From an uncultured Gammaproteobacteria bacterium (GTDB taxonomy: Bacteria > Patescibacteriota > Patescibacteriia > Magasanikbacterales > GWA2-37-8), in assembly GCA_964510885.1 (NCBI GenBank), contig CAZEDL010000001.1, forward strand, positions 212,663 to 276,662: a stretch of DNA of 64,000 nt, written 5' to 3'. The notes below the pieces were generated by a model. That model was given only the letters and a program-made list of their open reading frames with translations. It made no database searches and was not told the DNA's origin. Position 1 is the stretch's first letter, and every line of letters begins with the position of its first letter. Positions 8,843 through 18,150 of the stretch are shown piece after piece. Both the position numbers and the translations under genes were made by a program.

Positions 8843-9109
8843 AATAAAGCTTTCACTCTCCTAGCCCACGAGGGCCCAGGGCGGCCGTTTTATAGCCTAA
8901 CTTGTTCTGGGATAAGCCATAATATGAGGTCGTGCAGACCTCACCGCCTGATCAATCTATATTTTTTGCCTAGCAAGAAATTATCGTGCCGGAGATATGG
9001 AATTAGCTGCAAGGTTTTATTTAACCAAAATTATTCGCTTTGCAATATGTTAGAAAAAAGAATTTTATAATGATAACACATTTTATGAACTTTAAGCAAC
9101 TCTCGATGA

Positions 9110-10624
9110 TTGACTGACACGCAATTATCTGATATGATCAGCCACGTTTATAGCTCCACTCATATGGAACATGGCAATGTAATCATTCGGTTTGATACCG
9201 TGCAATTTGCCTACCAAGAAGGCAAGCAGATCCTTGAAGAGGCTAGTTTTTCGGTGCGTAAAAATGCCAAAGTGACCATCATGGGGCAAAACGGAGCGGG
9301 CAAAAGCACTATTTTTAAATTGATCCTCAATGAGCTTAGCCCGGACAGCGGCAGTGTTAGCATCGAGAACGGAGCCAAGATTGCCATTGCCACCCAGGTA
9401 ATGAAGCCGGAATTTTTTGACAAAACAGTGGCCGAATTTTTTGCCACCGCTTTTGAAGAAAAAACCTATGATCTGCCGAAACGAATTAAAGATGTGCTCG
9501 AAATTGTCCATTTGACCGCCCCGTTAGATAAATTGATCAAAGGTTTTTCGGGTGGCCAACAGGCCAGGCTGCTTTTGGCCTATGCCATTATTCAAGAACC
9601 GGATATTTTACTGCTTGATGAACCGACCAACAATCTTGATAGCCAAGGAATTGCGCATCTCACTGAATTTTTGATCAATTATCCCAAGACCTGCTTGGTC
9701 ATTTCGCATGATGCAAATTTTTTGAATGCCTTTACAGACGGCGTGTTATATCTCGATGTCTTCACCAAACAAGTGGAGCAGTATGTGGGCGACTATTACA
9801 ATGTGCTTGGTGAAATCGAAGCGCGGATTGAACGCGAACGCATGAAAAATGCCCAGCTGCGTAAAAGTATCCAAGATCGCAAGGATAAAATAAACTTTTT
9901 TGCCAATAAAGGGGGCAAGATGCGCAAACTGGCCAGCAAATTGCGTGACCAGGTGGAAGAAGCCGAGGATTCAATGGTAGATGAACGGCGCGAAGACAAA
10001 ACAATTAATGACTTTATGATTCCCGCCAGCACCGAACTGGTAGGGCCGGTGGTGGAAATTAGTTCGGTTGGGGTGATGATCGATCATGAGCCAGTACGAA
10101 AAACATTGCTGTCCCCCCTATCGCTTCGTAAAAAACAATGTTTGCTAATTGAAGGACCCAATGGCATTGGAAAGAGCACACTGCTTGCAGCGTTGGCTGC
10201 TGGCACCGAAAGCGGAGCTACGATTGCTAAGGATGTAAAAGTGGGATATTACCGACAAGATTTTTCAGGGCTAAATTTTGATCAAACCGCCTATGAAGCT
10301 TTGGCCGAAATGATGGTGGACCCCTGGAACCAAGAAATTTATGCTACGGCGTCGCAATTTTTATTAACCCCAGAAGTACTGCGTAATAAAGTAGGAGCTT
10401 TGTCGGAAGGTCAAAAAGGACTTTTGTGCTATGCCCGGTTTGTGTTACAAAAGCCGGGTTTACTGATTATGGATGAACCGACGAATCATATTAATTTTCG
10501 ACACCTCCCGGTGATTGCCAAAGCACTCGATGAATTTGAAGGGGCACTGATTCTGGTGAGTCATGCCTATGAATTTATTGGAGAAATAACGATTGATCAG
10601 CGCTTGGATCTGGTGAATATTTGA
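9110..10624 (+). CDS. ABC-F family ATPase (two tandem ABC domains, no TMD)
   Basis: Walker A GQNGAGKST and GPNGIGKST, signatures LSGGQQ / LSEGQK, Walker B LLLDEPTN / LIMDEPTN; start codon uncertain (TTG at 9110 or downstream ATG). Confidence 0.8.
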   Translation: MTDTQLSDMISHVYSSTHMEHGNVIIRFDTVQFAYQEGKQILEEASFSVRKNAKVTIMGQNGAGKSTIFKLILNELSPDSGSVSIENGAKIAIATQVMKPEFFDKTVAEFFATAFEEKTYDLPKRIKDVLEIVHLTAPLDKLIKGFSGGQQARLLLAYAIIQEPDILLLDEPTNNLDSQGIAHLTEFLINYPKTCLVISHDANFLNAFTDGVLYLDVFTKQVEQYVGDYYNVLGEIEARIERERMKNAQLRKSIQDRKDKINFFANKGGKMRKLASKLRDQVEEAEDSMVDERREDKTINDFMIPASTELVGPVVEISSVGVMIDHEPVRKTLLSPLSLRKKQCLLIEGPNGIGKSTLLAALAAGTESGATIAKDVKVGYYRQDFSGLNFDQTAYEALAEMMVDPWNQEIYATASQFLLTPEVLRNKVGALSEGQKGLLCYARFVLQKPGLLIMDEPTNHINFRHLPVIAKALDEFEGALILVSHAYEFIGEITIDQRLDLVNI

Positions 10625-10746
10625 CTTTTTTTTAAGAATATCTTAGAGTCCGAATCAGAGCATTTTGTTGGCCAAAATTGCGTAATAAGGCGTATGTATG
10701 GCCAATTTATCACCGGACTGCTTGTTGCGGTCCAAGGAGCTTGCAC

Positions 10747-10914
10747 ATGAAAATTTTGCGAATTGCGACTCTTTTTATCGGGTTTGCCTGCTTAGGGTGG
10801 GGGTACCCCGGACAGTGCGAAAACGACACCAACTGCCCCACGGGGCAGGTGTGTGGGAAGGAAAAAAGGTGCGTTCCAGCGCCAAAGCCAATCCCCAGGC
10901 CACCCACCAAGTAA
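10747..10914 (+). CDS. Small secreted cysteine-rich peptide (56 aa precursor; C-X5-C-X5-C-X5-C + Pro-rich tail)
   Basis: AAGGAG SD 8 nt before ATG 10747; Sec-type signal MKILRIATLFIGFACLGWG; four Cys at regular spacing; strong terminator follows. Confidence 0.5.
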   Translation: MKILRIATLFIGFACLGWGYPGQCENDTNCPTGQVCGKEKRCVPAPKPIPRPPTK

Positions 10915-10936
10915 GACCCCAGTAAGGTAGCCTGAA

Positions 10937-10975
10937 GCCGCCGGTTTCCTCTAACCGGCGGCTCTTTCTTTTTTA
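10937..10975 (+). terminator. Rho-independent terminator
   Basis: AGCCGCCGGTT…AACCGGCGGCT hairpin + TTTCTTTTTT. Confidence 0.65.
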
Positions 10976-11062
10976 AAGCATATTTAACCAGCCATTCCTT
11001 GACAATCGCTGGTTTTTTTGTTATATTTTAGCATTAATTTTGATTCCTTAACCAAGGATTTT

Positions 11063-12637
11063 ATGAATAAGTTTACAGCTTTTTTAAAAAGCCACTCGAC
11101 GATCATGTATGTGATTGTGGCAGTCGTATTGGTAGGCGCTGGCGCAGCTAACTATGCCCGGCATAAGCGGGCGGCAGCCACCGCACCTGTTGACACGACT
11201 ACCCGTGTCAGCCTGGTAGAGGCTAAGACATTTTTGAAAAGTACGGGCGTGGTAGCGGCTACCGGGGTGGTTGAATCGGCCGAGCAGGCAGATGTCCGTA
11301 GCCAGGCCACTGGCCAGGTGGCCCGGGTCAGTGCAGCGGTTGGCAACAGGGTCTATCGCGGTCAAGTATTAGTGAGCCTGACCAGCGCTGATTTACAAGC
11401 TCAGCGCCGACAGGCTGAGGCGGCTTTGAAAGTACAAGAAGCCAGTTTGCAACAGCTCTATAGCGGTGCCAAAACAGAGGATATTAGCCTGGCTGAAGCA
11501 CAACTCGCAGCGGCCCGAAAAAATGTAGAAGATGTACGCAGGCAACAGGAGGTAAACGTGAAAAATGCCTATTCAACGATGCTTAACGCCGGCCTCAGCG
11601 CCATGCCAGCGATTACCAATCAATCTACGGCAGCGCTGACTCTAAGCGGCACCTATACCGGGGAGCCTGGCACGTATAAAATTTCCCTTATCCAGGGCGG
11701 CGATGGGATCACTCTTAATTCTAGCGGCCTCGAAGTTGCCAGTGCCCGGGTCTATCCGGGGATAGCGACTGCGCTTGGTAAACGCGGATTATTCTTCACG
11801 TTCGCAGCCACCGGCAATATTAGCGTCCATGACACCTGGACTATCACGATTCCAAATACCCAGTCCCCTACCTATTTAGCGGCCAGCAATGCCTATGACG
11901 CCACCAAGCAAGCGTCCGAGGCAGCAATTCAAGGAGCAGAGAACGCCTTAGACATTGCTCAAAAAGCTCTTGATCTTAAAAAATCATCGGCTACAAATGC
12001 GCAGATTCAGGCCCAGCTCGCCGCCATAGAACAAGCCAAAGCGTCGATTGCTTTTATCAATGCGCAAATTGCTAAAACCGTAATTACCTCGCCGATTAAC
12101 GGGGTGATTTCAAACGTATCTATAAAATACGGCGAACTGGTTAGTGCTGGGCAGAAAGTGGCCAGTGTCGTAAATAACGGTGGATTACAAGTTAAGGTCT
12201 ATGTCAGCAGCGAAGATCTGCCGCGCCTTAGCGCCAAAGATAAAGTAACAATTGGCGCCACGGCAAACGGTGAGATTACCAATCTGGCGCCTAGTGTTGA
12301 TCCCACCAGTAAAACAGCTGAGGTAGTGATCAGTGTGGTGAACCCTCAAAAATCAGGATTGACGGCAGGACAAAATATTTCGGTCAAAATCAGCGGCGAA
12401 AAATCAAATGGTTCAACTAGCGATGTGTTTGTATTGCCGATTCAAATGGTGACTATTGCCCCCGACCAGAGTGCAACGGTGTACACGGTAGAGACTGGAA
12501 AAATTACCGCTTATCCAGTGGAACTCGGCCCGGTGAATGGTGAAACAGTGACGGTAAAAAAAGGGCTGAAAGCTGATATGAAATTAGTCTCTTCGGGATA
12601 TGGGCTGACGGTGGGACAAACGGTGATTGTTCAGTAA
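11063..12637 (+). CDS. Efflux transporter periplasmic adaptor (membrane-fusion/HlyD-like) subunit
   Basis: N-terminal TM anchor, coiled-coil hairpin (QAQRRQAEAALKVQEASLQQL…), C-terminal beta-barrel pattern; sits 15 bp upstream of RND gene. Confidence 0.65.
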   Translation: MNKFTAFLKSHSTIMYVIVAVVLVGAGAANYARHKRAAATAPVDTTTRVSLVEAKTFLKSTGVVAATGVVESAEQADVRSQATGQVARVSAAVGNRVYRGQVLVSLTSADLQAQRRQAEAALKVQEASLQQLYSGAKTEDISLAEAQLAAARKNVEDVRRQQEVNVKNAYSTMLNAGLSAMPAITNQSTAALTLSGTYTGEPGTYKISLIQGGDGITLNSSGLEVASARVYPGIATALGKRGLFFTFAATGNISVHDTWTITIPNTQSPTYLAASNAYDATKQASEAAIQGAENALDIAQKALDLKKSSATNAQIQAQLAAIEQAKASIAFINAQIAKTVITSPINGVISNVSIKYGELVSAGQKVASVVNNGGLQVKVYVSSEDLPRLSAKDKVTIGATANGEITNLAPSVDPTSKTAEVVISVVNPQKSGLTAGQNISVKISGEKSNGSTSDVFVLPIQMVTIAPDQSATVYTVETGKITAYPVELGPVNGETVTVKKGLKADMKLVSSGYGLTVGQTVIVQ

Positions 12638-12651
12638 TTGTCTAGCTTGCT

Positions 12652-15600
12652 ATGAATATGGATCAAGACGTATCTAAACAGGGCGAAGTTTTATCCTTTA
12701 TTCCACCGGTAATAAAAACCTCGGACCAATTATACCTCGATAGCTTGGAATTTGATCCGGCCTTGCGGAAAAGCTGGTTGAATTTTTTTGTCACTAATTT
12801 TCGCGTGGTACTCCTCTTGATCTTAATGGTCAGTGGAGCCGGTTTATATGCTTTTTTAAAATTACCGCGCGAATCGAACCCAGAAGTTAAGATAGCGATC
12901 GCGAGCGTGGTGACGGTATATCCGGGCGCATCACCAGCTGATGTGGAAGAACTGGTCACTAAAAAAGTGGAAACTAGTGTAGCCAGCTTGAAAGGCATTC
13001 AAAAAATTACCTCGAACTCACTGAATAACTTGTCTTCGGTAATAGTCGAATTTGACGCCAAGGCTGATCTTGATGATTCGATCCGCAGCCTGCGCGACAA
13101 GATGAACACCGTTAAATCTAATTTGCCAGCCGATGCCAAAGAACCAATTGTGACTGAGGTATCGCTTGATGATCAGCCGATCTTGACACTGGCCATGACC
13201 GGGCCATACGACGGCTTCACCATGCGTGAGTTTGCTGAAAAGGCGAAAGATGAACTTGAAAAAATTCCGGGCATCCGCGAAGTCTTGATCGACGGGGGCA
13301 ATGAGAAGGAATTTGAGATAGCATTCAATCCGGAAAAATTACTCTTCTACCATTTATCAACCCAGCAAGCTGCTCAGGCGATTGCTGCCACCAATCTGGC
13401 CATTCCGGCTGGGACTTTTGATAGTAATATTTACCAGTATTCCGTTCGATCTGATTCAAAATTATATACTCCTGAAGCGATTGCGGCGGTGCCAATCACC
13501 TCTTCAGCTAGCGGAGCAATCGTGACCATTGGCGACGTGGCCGAAGTGAGCGTCCACGCCATTAAAAAAAGCACCTTGTCACGGTTGTCTATAAAAGGAT
13601 CGGTGCCCCGAGATGCTATTACCTTGTCTTTGGTGAAACGCACGGGAGCGTCGGTGATTGATACGGCAAAAGCTGCCCGCACCACTATGGACGCGGTGGT
13701 CGCAACCGTCGGTGCTGGCGTGCATTATGATGTCAGCATGGATCTTGCCAAACAGATCGAAAAAGATTTTAACCAACTAGAGCACGATTTTGTACTGACG
13801 CTGCTTTTGGTGTTTGGCATCTTGTTTGTCATCGTCGGGCTTAAGGAAGCCTTTGTGGCGGGACTCGCTATTCCGCTCGTGTTCTTTGCCACATTCGTGG
13901 CACTGCTTAGTTTTGGCATATCACTCAACTTCTTATCACTGTTCTCACTGATCTTGTCGCTCGGGTTATTAGTTGACGATGCCATTGTGGTGGTATCGGC
14001 GACTAAACAATATCTAAAAATTGGTAAATTCACGCCGGAAGAAGCGGTGCTCTTGGTGCTGCGAGATTTTAAAGTGGTATTGACCACCACGACGCTCACT
14101 ACGGTGTGGGCTTTCTTACCGCTACTATTTGCCACTGGCATTATCGGTGAGTATATCAAATCAATTCCGATCACCGTGTCGATTACACTTATCTCTTCGC
14201 TGTTTATCGCGCTCATGATCAATCATCCGCTCGCAGCGGTGCTAGAGCGCCTACGCCTGACGAGACCGTTTTTCTTTATCATTGAAGCTGGATTATTATT
14301 CTTGGCTGCTATCACTCTTTATAGCGGCGGCGTGGCAGGATATATCGTGGCGGCGCTGGCTGCTGCGGCAGTGATTTACCTGGCCCGGTGGTATGAAAAA
14401 GGCGGTAAAGAGACGTTGATTGCCAATGTCGCGTTATCCCGGGCAGAATGGCAGAGCGATGACTTAATTAAGAAAAAATTAATCAGCCAGACGAATCATA
14501 TTGGTAGCAGCTGGAGTACGCGCCTGATGCACGGCATTCTGCATTTTGATCGTTTTTTGCCGCCCTATGAACGCAGCATGCGTAGAATTTTGGCTACCAA
14601 GCAAAGCCGCCGCCGGACACTGCTCACGGTAAGCGCCCTATTTATTCTGGCTGTGATTCTGCCAATTGCCGGCGTGGTACGCTCAGAATTCTTCCCGAAG
14701 ACCGATAATGAATATGTCTATATTGATATCAGCGCCCCGGTTGGCTACAAACTGGCGGAAACCAATAAGATCATCCGGATGGTTGAAGAAAAGCTACTAC
14801 CCTATAAAGAAATTGCCAACTTTTCCTCGTTCATTGGCCGGGTCAGCCCGGTGAATGCAAATGGGAAAAATTCTGAACATGTTGGTTCGATAGCGATCAC
14901 TCTAAAAGATAAGAGCGAGCGAGTGCAAAAATCGTATGATTTTGCCGATCGGTTACGCGATGAAATCGGGGTAATCCCAAATGCAGTATTGACAGTATCG
15001 TCACTCAGCGGGGGCCCACCGTCGGGGGCGGCGTTTCAGGCACGCATAAGCGGCGACGACTTGGCGACACTGTCGAAAATTGTCAATGAATTGCGGCCAA
15101 AATTGGCGGCTATCCCTGGGGTCGTAGATATTGATAGTTCGCTCAAAAATTCAGCTCCGGATTATACGTTTGTGCTTGATCCAATCAAAATAGCCCAGAA
15201 TAATCTGAATTCCGCCTATGTTGGATCAGTGCTCCGCCTCGCTATCTCAGGCACCGAAATCAGCACGGTACTGGAGAATAATAAAGAGATAAAAATCATG
15301 ACTCGGTTTGATACTAAAAATATTCCGGATTTGGCCGCGATTCAAAATCTGCAGATCCTTAATCAGTTGGGGCAGCCGGTTTACCTAAAAGATGTAGCCA
15401 CCATTCAACTTAAATCAGCGGTGGACGGCATTACACGCATCGACCAAAAGCGAACTATCTTGCTGTCCGCTAATACCTCAAGCGGCACTAGTGCGCCGCT
15501 CGTCCTATCTGCCTTCCAAAAAAATATTGCCGGTTATGCCTTCCCAACTGGTTATAGTATTGACTATGGCGGCGAGAACGAACAAAACCAAGAATCAGTC

Positions 15601-16089
15601 TTGTCTATCATCCGCGCCATGGTGATCGCTATGGTGCTTATCGTGTCTACGCTGATCGTACAGTTCAATTCATTCCGCAAGGCTTTTATCGTCCTGATCA
15701 CTATTCCTCTGGCTTTAATCGGTGTGTTTATTGGGCTCGCAGTATTTGGGGTGCCGCTTAGCTTCCCCGGTTTGATCGGGATTCTGGCGCTGTTTGGCAT
15801 CGTGGTTAAGAATGCCATTATTCTGGTAGATAAAATCAATCTTAATCTCAAGAGCGGCATACCGTTTGTAGAAGCGATCATCGACGCTGGAAAATCGCGC
15901 CTCGAAGCGATCTTTATTACTTCGATCTGCACGATCTTTGGTATCCTGCCTATCACCCTGTCCAATGAAACCTGGACTGCACTCGGGAGCGCTGTTATCT
16001 TTGGCCTCATGCTATCTTCTTTCTTGACTTTGTTTATCGTGCCGACATTGTTCGTAACACTGATGAAGCCGCATGATACTCAGGTCTAA
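12652..16089 (+). CDS. RND superfamily efflux transporter permease (AcrB-like)
   Basis: 1145 aa; 12-TM/2 large periplasmic loop architecture and AcrB-family motifs. Confidence 0.8.
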   Translation: MNMDQDVSKQGEVLSFIPPVIKTSDQLYLDSLEFDPALRKSWLNFFVTNFRVVLLLILMVSGAGLYAFLKLPRESNPEVKIAIASVVTVYPGASPADVEELVTKKVETSVASLKGIQKITSNSLNNLSSVIVEFDAKADLDDSIRSLRDKMNTVKSNLPADAKEPIVTEVSLDDQPILTLAMTGPYDGFTMREFAEKAKDELEKIPGIREVLIDGGNEKEFEIAFNPEKLLFYHLSTQQAAQAIAATNLAIPAGTFDSNIYQYSVRSDSKLYTPEAIAAVPITSSASGAIVTIGDVAEVSVHAIKKSTLSRLSIKGSVPRDAITLSLVKRTGASVIDTAKAARTTMDAVVATVGAGVHYDVSMDLAKQIEKDFNQLEHDFVLTLLLVFGILFVIVGLKEAFVAGLAIPLVFFATFVALLSFGISLNFLSLFSLILSLGLLVDDAIVVVSATKQYLKIGKFTPEEAVLLVLRDFKVVLTTTTLTTVWAFLPLLFATGIIGEYIKSIPITVSITLISSLFIALMINHPLAAVLERLRLTRPFFFIIEAGLLFLAAITLYSGGVAGYIVAALAAAAVIYLARWYEKGGKETLIANVALSRAEWQSDDLIKKKLISQTNHIGSSWSTRLMHGILHFDRFLPPYERSMRRILATKQSRRRTLLTVSALFILAVILPIAGVVRSEFFPKTDNEYVYIDISAPVGYKLAETNKIIRMVEEKLLPYKEIANFSSFIGRVSPVNANGKNSEHVGSIAITLKDKSERVQKSYDFADRLRDEIGVIPNAVLTVSSLSGGPPSGAAFQARISGDDLATLSKIVNELRPKLAAIPGVVDIDSSLKNSAPDYTFVLDPIKIAQNNLNSAYVGSVLRLAISGTEISTVLENNKEIKIMTRFDTKNIPDLAAIQNLQILNQLGQPVYLKDVATIQLKSAVDGITRIDQKRTILLSANTSSGTSAPLVLSAFQKNIAGYAFPTGYSIDYGGENEQNQESVLSIIRAMVIAMVLIVSTLIVQFNSFRKAFIVLITIPLALIGVFIGLAVFGVPLSFPGLIGILALFGIVVKNAIILVDKINLNLKSGIPFVEAIIDAGKSRLEAIFITSICTIFGILPITLSNETWTALGSAVIFGLMLSSFLTLFIVPTLFVTLMKPHDTQV

Positions 16090-16153
16090 GAGGTGCTGTC
16101 GGTAGACTTCTCACTGTGGTATACTAGATCGTATTACCTACTATTTCTTTGGC

Positions 16154-16375
16154 ATGACTAAACTAAACACATCTCAGTCGCATCCTAGAACGAACATATA
16201 CCTTCCTGTCTTCTGGATTGGAGTAGGAGCGCTACTAAGCGGAGCTCTTATTTTTTCGACTGGCTTTACGCTTGGCAGACTGCAACCCACACTACCCGGG
16301 CAGCATGGTAGCGATGGATTTTGCCGTGGGCCAGAACCAAAATTGCGCCATGAAGTGCCTGAAGACATTAACTAA
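16154..16375 (+). CDS. Hypothetical small membrane protein (73 aa)
   Basis: single hydrophobic segment; weak evidence. Confidence 0.2.
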   Translation: MTKLNTSQSHPRTNIYLPVFWIGVGALLSGALIFSTGFTLGRLQPTLPGQHGSDGFCRGPEPKLRHEVPEDIN

Positions 16376-16392
16376 TTTAGCTAAAAAATTGA

Positions 16393-18150
16393 CTAACTTT
16401 TCCGATTGTGATGAAGCAGTAATTCAAGCGCGTGATTCATAGATCCGGCCAGCTCTAATTTGCCTGAATTTACAAAGAAAATTTCATCAGCATTTTCGAT
16501 AGTATTTAGTCGATGAGCAATAATTACTTTCGTGGTTTTGCTTGGCAAATTTGCCAAGATTTCTTCTAGCAGGTACTCAGTAACTGTATCAATATTAGCA
16601 GTAGCCTCGTCAAGGATAAGAATATCTGGTCGGCGCAAAACAGCGCGAATAAACGCAATGAGCTGCTTTTGGCCAAGGCTTACTATATCACCGGTAATTT
16701 TAAGCTCGGTATCAAGGCCTTCTTCAAAACGTGATAAAATTTTAGTCAAACCAGCATTTCCTAGAGCAACAGCCAATTGATCGTTGCTAAGTGCAGATTG
16801 CTCAATATTTCCATAGACAATATTTTCTCTCAGAGTGCCCGTAAATATGACCGGGTCCTGCAAAATAAAACCAATCCTCCTAACTCGTTCGGCGTGAGAA
16901 TACGATCGAATATCTTTTCCTTCCAAATATACCGTTCCGGTTGTAGGATCATATAAACGCGCCATAAGTGACGCCGTAGTGGTTTTACCACCGCCAGTCG
17001 GGCCTACCAGGGCGTACGTTTTTCCAGGCTGCAGTGATAAGTTGGTGATGTGCAATACTTCCTTTCCGTTTTCATAGGCAAACGTAACGTCTTTGAATTC
17101 TAGCCGAGAATTAACTTGGCTGGCGGCAGCGTTAGGCACAACAGCGAGATTACTTTGAAGGACCAAAATTTCATGGACACGGTCCCAGCTGGCGAGAGCT
17201 GTCTGAAAGCTGGCCCAGAGCGCAGCCATATGACGGAGCGGATTGTAAAAGTTGGTAGCGTAAGATATGAAGCTAATTAACAGCCCAATGGTAAATTGCC
17301 CGACTGCAATGAGGGAGATACCGTAAACCAACACGATTAGCTGACCGATATTCGCTGCCAAACCATAGATAGGCACGAAAATATTGTTGGCAATGCCGGC
17401 TCCGATAGCCGCCTGATAGTTACTATTATTTACATCTTGGAATCTTTTTTTAAAATAGTCACGGCGATTAAACGCAATAATAACTTTAAAATTATTCAAG
17501 CTTTCTTGAATACCTGAACTCATGCCTCCCAAAGTTTCTGCACTCCGTGTATTTTTCTTTTTTACCCAAGACGATAGTGCCACCGTGATTCCCAGTAAGA
17601 TAGCGGCTGGCGCTAGCGTAGCCACACCAAGGCGCAGATTAAGCCCGAGCAGAAAAAAAACGGCCCCAGCCATTATAAAAATATTTCCAAAAAATTGCAC
17701 TAAAGACTGAGAAAAAAACTGATTAATCTTGTCAGTGTCATTGTTGATGCGTGAGATAAGATCACCAGCTTTATTCTGGTTAAAAAAAGCTACCGGCAGC
17801 TCTTGTAACTTATCAAAAATTTGGCCGCGTAAACGAAAAAGTACGCGCTGTCCTACACCACCCATCAACCGAACCTGAGTATAACTTGTTGCTAAACCAA
17901 ATAAGTATAGCAGAATAATAATTCCTGCGTAGAAAAGTACGCCCTTGTAGTCTCCCACCAGAATATAACTATCGATTGCATGGGCAATTAGGCGTGGTGC
18001 AATTAAGTTTACCAGTGAATTCAAAATCACCGCACCAAGAGCAAAACCAATAACACCCTGTTCTTCCCTGATGAGCGGCCAGAAATTTTTACCGGCCTGC
18101 CAAAGTGAATTTTTAGCAGGTTTGTCTATCCTGGTCAGGTTGTAATTCAT
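16393..18150 (-). CDS. ABC exporter, fused permease/ATPase subunit (heterodimer partner)
   Basis: 6-TM N-domain + NBD (GPTGGGKTT, LSLGQKQ, ILILDEATANID); 4-bp overlap (ATGA) with upstream partner. Confidence 0.8.
   Translation of the reverse strand: MNYNLTRIDKPAKNSLWQAGKNFWPLIREEQGVIGFALGAVILNSLVNLIAPRLIAHAIDSYILVGDYKGVLFYAGIIILLYLFGLATSYTQVRLMGGVGQRVLFRLRGQIFDKLQELPVAFFNQNKAGDLISRINNDTDKINQFFSQSLVQFFGNIFIMAGAVFFLLGLNLRLGVATLAPAAILLGITVALSSWVKKKNTRSAETLGGMSSGIQESLNNFKVIIAFNRRDYFKKRFQDVNNSNYQAAIGAGIANNIFVPIYGLAANIGQLIVLVYGISLIAVGQFTIGLLISFISYATNFYNPLRHMAALWASFQTALASWDRVHEILVLQSNLAVVPNAAASQVNSRLEFKDVTFAYENGKEVLHITNLSLQPGKTYALVGPTGGGKTTTASLMARLYDPTTGTVYLEGKDIRSYSHAERVRRIGFILQDPVIFTGTLRENIVYGNIEQSALSNDQLAVALGNAGLTKILSRFEEGLDTELKITGDIVSLGQKQLIAFIRAVLRRPDILILDEATANIDTVTEYLLEEILANLPSKTTKVIIAHRLNTIENADEIFFVNSGKLELAGSMNHALELLLHHNRKS

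Noticed and set aside
8702-9070. 122-aa + strand ORF between the EEP gene and the ABC-F gene
   Set aside because: It runs through the EEP promoter/terminator region and has no RBS. Its Cys/Arg-rich composition looks non-coding.
13431-14222. Minus-strand ORFs inside the RND permease gene
   Set aside because: They are antisense shadows of a confidently called 1145-aa transporter.
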